Position numbers and translations under genes: made by a program. Below the pieces are notes generated by a model. It saw only the letters and a list, made by a program, of their open reading frames with translations. It was not told the DNA's origin and did not search any database. Below are positions 28,901-32,000 of a stretch of 32,000 nucleotides of DNA, in pieces. The first letter of the stretch is position 1. Each line of letters opens with the position of its first letter. The DNA comes from Geotalea uraniireducens Rf4 (GTDB taxonomy: Bacteria > Desulfobacterota > Desulfuromonadia > Geobacterales > Geobacteraceae): assembly GCF_000016745.1 (NCBI RefSeq), contig NC_009483.1, positions 5,040,001 through 5,072,000 on the forward strand, written 5' to 3'.

Positions 28901-29806
28901 ATGAACGCAACCGTAACTGCGCATGAACTGCAGCAGCTGATCGCTAGCAATTCTGTCAGCCTGATAGATGTTCTTCTGCCTGAAGATTTTGCCTGTCGAC
29001 ATATTGCCGGCGCCGGAAATGCCTGCGTCTACGAGATGGTCTTTCTGGAACGGATCGCGGAGTGTGTGCCGGACCGGGACAGGGCTGTCGTTGTCTATGA
29101 TTACAGCGGTACGACCCTGGCTGCCCGTACCGCCAAGGAAAAACTGGAACACGCAGGGTACCGCAATGTGGCGATTCTGGAGGGAGGTTTGCAGGCCTGG
29201 CAGGCGACCGGGTTTGCGGTCGAGTCGAGCGCTCCGCTCCCGCCACCGCCCACGGTTCGTGACGGTGTCTATCATATCGATGTGGAAAAGAGTGTTCTTG
29301 AATGGACCGGTCGCAATATCAATAACTGCCACCATGGCCGGATCGCAATCTCCGGTGGCGAAGTCGTTCTGGCGAATGGCCGCCCGGTGTCGGGCAGTTT
29401 CGTGCTCGACATGAACACGATAACTAATCTGGATCTTCAGGATGAAGGCTGGCGGGGTATGCTGCTCCGGCACCTTAAATCCGAGGACTTCTTCGACGTG
29501 GAACGCTATCCCAAGGCAACCTTCGAGTTGCGTGGTGCAGCCGCGATTGCCGGGGCCACACCCGGAGCACCAAGCGTGGAAATTGCCGGTTTGCTGACCA
29601 TCAAGGAGACGTCCCGTTCGATCTGCTTCCCGGCGATTATAGCAGCGCAGGAGGACGGCAGTCTCAAGGCCCAGGCTGCACTCGACCTCGATCGTACTCT
29701 CTGGAATGTCTGCTATGGTTCTGGCAAGCTTTATGAACGGCTCGGCATGCACCTGGTGAATGATCTGATCAGCGTGGAGATGTTTATCGTCGCAAACCGC
29801 CCGTGA
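28901..29806 (+). CDS. Rhodanese-homology domain (catalytic Cys replaced by Asp) fused to a YceI-like domain
   Basis: I chose the start at ATG 28901 (AAGGAG 8 nt upstream). The rhodanese fold is HIAGAGN...AVVVYDYSGTTLAAR...GGLQAW. The YceI blocks are LEWTG...HHGRI, HLKSEDFFDVERYPKATFEL and GLLTIKETSRSI. Confidence 0.85.
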   Translation: MNATVTAHELQQLIASNSVSLIDVLLPEDFACRHIAGAGNACVYEMVFLERIAECVPDRDRAVVVYDYSGTTLAARTAKEKLEHAGYRNVAILEGGLQAWQATGFAVESSAPLPPPPTVRDGVYHIDVEKSVLEWTGRNINNCHHGRIAISGGEVVLANGRPVSGSFVLDMNTITNLDLQDEGWRGMLLRHLKSEDFFDVERYPKATFELRGAAAIAGATPGAPSVEIAGLLTIKETSRSICFPAIIAAQEDGSLKAQAALDLDRTLWNVCYGSGKLYERLGMHLVNDLISVEMFIVANRP

Positions 29807-31717
29807 TTATTGGCCCAAGGTAAAAAAGATCGTAGCACCTTCGTCAACCTTGGATTCCGCCCAGATTTTTCCTTCGTGCTTTTCAATTATACGATGCACC
29901 GTTGCCAGGCCGATTCCAGTGCCTTTGAATTCTTTTTCGCTGTGCAGACGGGAAAACGGCTGAAACAACTTGCTGACATACGCCATATCAAAACCTGCCC
30001 CATTGTCCCTCACAAAATACACTTTTTGATCCGCGCGGCTTTCCGCACCGAACTCTATCGATGCCAGCGGCTTTTTTAAGGTGTATTTGTAGGCGTTTCC
30101 AAGCAGGTTATGCATGCAGATGTTGAGAAGCTTACGGTCGCCACGCGCGAATACGTCCGGGGCAACGCGGAATTGCATGGTTCGCTCGCCATGGACCTCA
30201 ATCAATTCAGCCATCACCTGTCGGGAAAGTTCGCTAAGGTTTATCGGCTCCGATGTGATTTCGGTCTTGGACAGCCGATTCATCATGAGAAGCGCATCGA
30301 CTGCTGACTTCAACTGCTGGACCGAGCAACCAAGGCGTCCTACGTAATATTGCAAATCGCCATAATCCCCGCTCTTGAAGCATTCGAAAATAACCTCCCT
30401 GAAGCCCTCCAATCTGGCAATTGGCGCTCGCAGCTCATGGGATATTGCATAACAGAACGCTTCCAGCTCTTTGTTTGAGTTTTCCAACTCCGCAGTCCGC
30501 TCCAGGACTCGCTTTTCCAGGTCTGCATTGAGTATGCGAATTTGCTCCTCTGCCCTCTTCTGCTCGGTCACATCAACCATGACCGCCTGGGAACGGATCA
30601 CCTCGCCGGTGGCGTTCCATTCGGCCACGGCGGTGAGAAGCACGTCAACTATCTCTCCGTTCTTTTTCATCATCTGATACGGGATATCCTGGCAATGGCC
30701 GGACCTGAAAAATGCTGGAATAACAATCTCTTCGGCATAGCGGCTTGACTCCTCGGTCAAGAATTCCGTCGATTTTCGTCCGATCACCTCGTTTCGTTCG
30801 TAGCCCAGGTGGAACAACCAATAATTACTGACATTCACTATGCGCCCGACTCCGTCTATGGAATGCAGCATGACCGGCGTATCTTCATAAAGATGCCGGT
30901 AACGTTCTTCGCTTTCCTTGAGAGCGTTATCTGCTCTTTTTCGTTCGGAAATGTCTTCCTTCACCGCCACGTAGTTGGTAATGACCCCTTCCGCATCGAA
31001 TAGGGGAGAGATGGATGCCGACTCCCAGTAAAGTTCTCCGCTCTTTTTCCGGCTCTGAAATTCGCCTTGCCACTCGTAGCCGGCGGTTATCGTGCTCCAG
31101 AGCTTTTCATAAGTATCCGATTCTCTTGCGTTCAATTTCGGAATTCTGGGGGTTTTTCCGATAACTTCTTCAGGGAGGTAACCGGTAATCTCCGTAAATT
31201 TGGGATTAACATACTCTACCACGCCTTTCGCATCGGTTATAATGACCATGCAGGGACTCTGTTCGACTGCGCGGGTAAGCTTGCAGATGTATTCACTCTG
31301 TTTCCGGACATGTCTTTCCAGAGTGATCCGGGCAACACAATCTTCTATGGCCTCAAAAAGCTTTTCTTGGTCAATCGGCTTCAGCACATACCGGTTGATG
31401 CCTATATCTATGGCATTCAGCAGGTAGCGCGTATCGCTGTGAGCGGTAATGACGATAATGCTGGCATCGGGGTTCAGCACCCGAATTTCACTCGCCAAGC
31501 GGATCCCGTCCATGACCGGCATGCTTATATCGGTAAGGACGATATCCGGCCGGTGCTCTTTGTACAACGCCAGGCCGATCTGACCATTTTCAGCAGCTAA
31601 AAGGTTCAACCCCGGAAATTTAACGGGGATCATCGTGCATATGAGATCCCTGGTAATCGGATCGTCTTCCACATAGAGGATCGAAACCTCTGATGTACCA
31701 AGGGTATATGGTTCCAT
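29807..31717 (-). CDS. Hybrid sensor: REC + two PAS domains + HisKA + HATPase histidine kinase
   Basis: 636 aa. The layout is REC (ILYVEDDP...VLTDISMPVMDG...LKP), PAS1 (VEYVNPKFTEITGY...YVAVKEDISERK), PAS2, HisKA (FCYAISHELRAPIARLEGF) and HATPase (GNAYKY, RDNGAGFD, GTGIGLATV). Confidence 0.92.
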   Translation of the reverse strand: MEPYTLGTSEVSILYVEDDPITRDLICTMIPVKFPGLNLLAAENGQIGLALYKEHRPDIVLTDISMPVMDGIRLASEIRVLNPDASIIVITAHSDTRYLLNAIDIGINRYVLKPIDQEKLFEAIEDCVARITLERHVRKQSEYICKLTRAVEQSPCMVIITDAKGVVEYVNPKFTEITGYLPEEVIGKTPRIPKLNARESDTYEKLWSTITAGYEWQGEFQSRKKSGELYWESASISPLFDAEGVITNYVAVKEDISERKRADNALKESEERYRHLYEDTPVMLHSIDGVGRIVNVSNYWLFHLGYERNEVIGRKSTEFLTEESSRYAEEIVIPAFFRSGHCQDIPYQMMKKNGEIVDVLLTAVAEWNATGEVIRSQAVMVDVTEQKRAEEQIRILNADLEKRVLERTAELENSNKELEAFCYAISHELRAPIARLEGFREVIFECFKSGDYGDLQYYVGRLGCSVQQLKSAVDALLMMNRLSKTEITSEPINLSELSRQVMAELIEVHGERTMQFRVAPDVFARGDRKLLNICMHNLLGNAYKYTLKKPLASIEFGAESRADQKVYFVRDNGAGFDMAYVSKLFQPFSRLHSEKEFKGTGIGLATVHRIIEKHEGKIWAESKVDEGATIFFTLGQ

Positions 31718-31718
31718 A

Positions 31719-32000
31719 TCAGACCTCTATCCGAAATTCGGCTCCGCCGTCGAAATTGCGTGCGGTAAGCCGTCCTTTCATGTTTTTCTCAATTATGGTT
31801 TTCGACATGAACAGCCCGACTCCCGTCCCCTTGTCCGGCCCTTTGGTGGTAAAGTAGGGATCGAAAATCTTGTCCATTATGTCCTCGGAAACCCCGCCGG
31901 CGTTGTCGTTAATGGTCACGACAGCCTTGTCGTTTTCCCGGCAGATGGTGATCGTAACCCTCGGGTCGGCGACTTTCGCCTCGGAAAGTGCATCTCTGGC
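31719..32000 (-). CDS. Histidine kinase, C-terminal HATPase_c part only (N-terminus beyond the window end)
   Basis: The frame is open to position 32000. The sequence is ...VTITICRENDKAVVTINDNAGGVSEDIMDKIFDPYFTTKGPDKGTGVGLFMSKTIIE...FRIEV*. The stop lies 1 nt before the ATG of the next gene. Confidence 0.85.
   Translation of the reverse strand, partial: ARDALSEAKVADPRVTITICRENDKAVVTINDNAGGVSEDIMDKIFDPYFTTKGPDKGTGVGLFMSKTIIEKNMKGRLTARNFDGGAEFRIEV

Noticed and set aside
28856-29752. 298-aa minus-strand ORF
   Set aside because: It lies antisense to the rhodanese-YceI CDS, which has clear domain motifs and an RBS. This translation has none.

Overview
All family calls come from reading the supplied translations and my own translations; no database search was possible. 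The window has four blocks.

(1) 1-13.3 kb, all minus strand, visibly GC-rich. This is a co-directional ketone-carboxylation pathway.
- It starts with an unusual five-gene hydantoinase-type ATP-dependent carboxylase cluster: extra hydantoinase-A paralogue, Cys4 gamma, beta, alpha, and a family-less 291-aa protein.
- A REP-like palindromic spacer follows, then a COG0523 metallochaperone GTPase, 3-oxoacid CoA-transferase A and B, and an SCP-x-type thiolase with an OB-fold-only DUF35 partner.
- The last gene is a Zn secondary-alcohol dehydrogenase that runs off the window start and is not in the ORF track.
- Upstream of the cluster are a good sigma54 -24/-12 promoter, a 20-bp perfect palindrome, and a divergent AcoR/AcxR-type sigma54 activator.

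(2) 13.6-20.4 kb, lower GC. It holds the activator, a Cache-domain histidine kinase and a 51-codon receiver-domain stub. It also holds a REC-PP2C response regulator split by a 1760-bp IS3-family element. That element has 28-bp imperfect inverted repeats and a 4-bp GTTC target duplication.

(3) 20.4-28.4 kb. An AraC-regulated minus-strand island of mostly exported redox and hydrolytic enzymes:
- two cytoplasmic aldo/keto reductases;
- a Cys-nucleophile dienelactone-hydrolase-like protein;
- a lipoprotein alpha/beta hydrolase;
- a CMD-CMD-cupin fusion;
- a Tat-signal aldo/keto reductase that is frameshifted;
- a truncated Tat-signal DUF362 gene.

(4) 28.9-32 kb. A rhodanese(Cys->Asp)-YceI fusion, a REC-PAS-PAS histidine kinase and the 3' end of another kinase.

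No rRNA, tRNA or CRISPR array was seen, and no recognisable phage-defence genes. The most interesting candidate is the five-gene carboxylase with its orphan fifth protein and associated metallochaperone.
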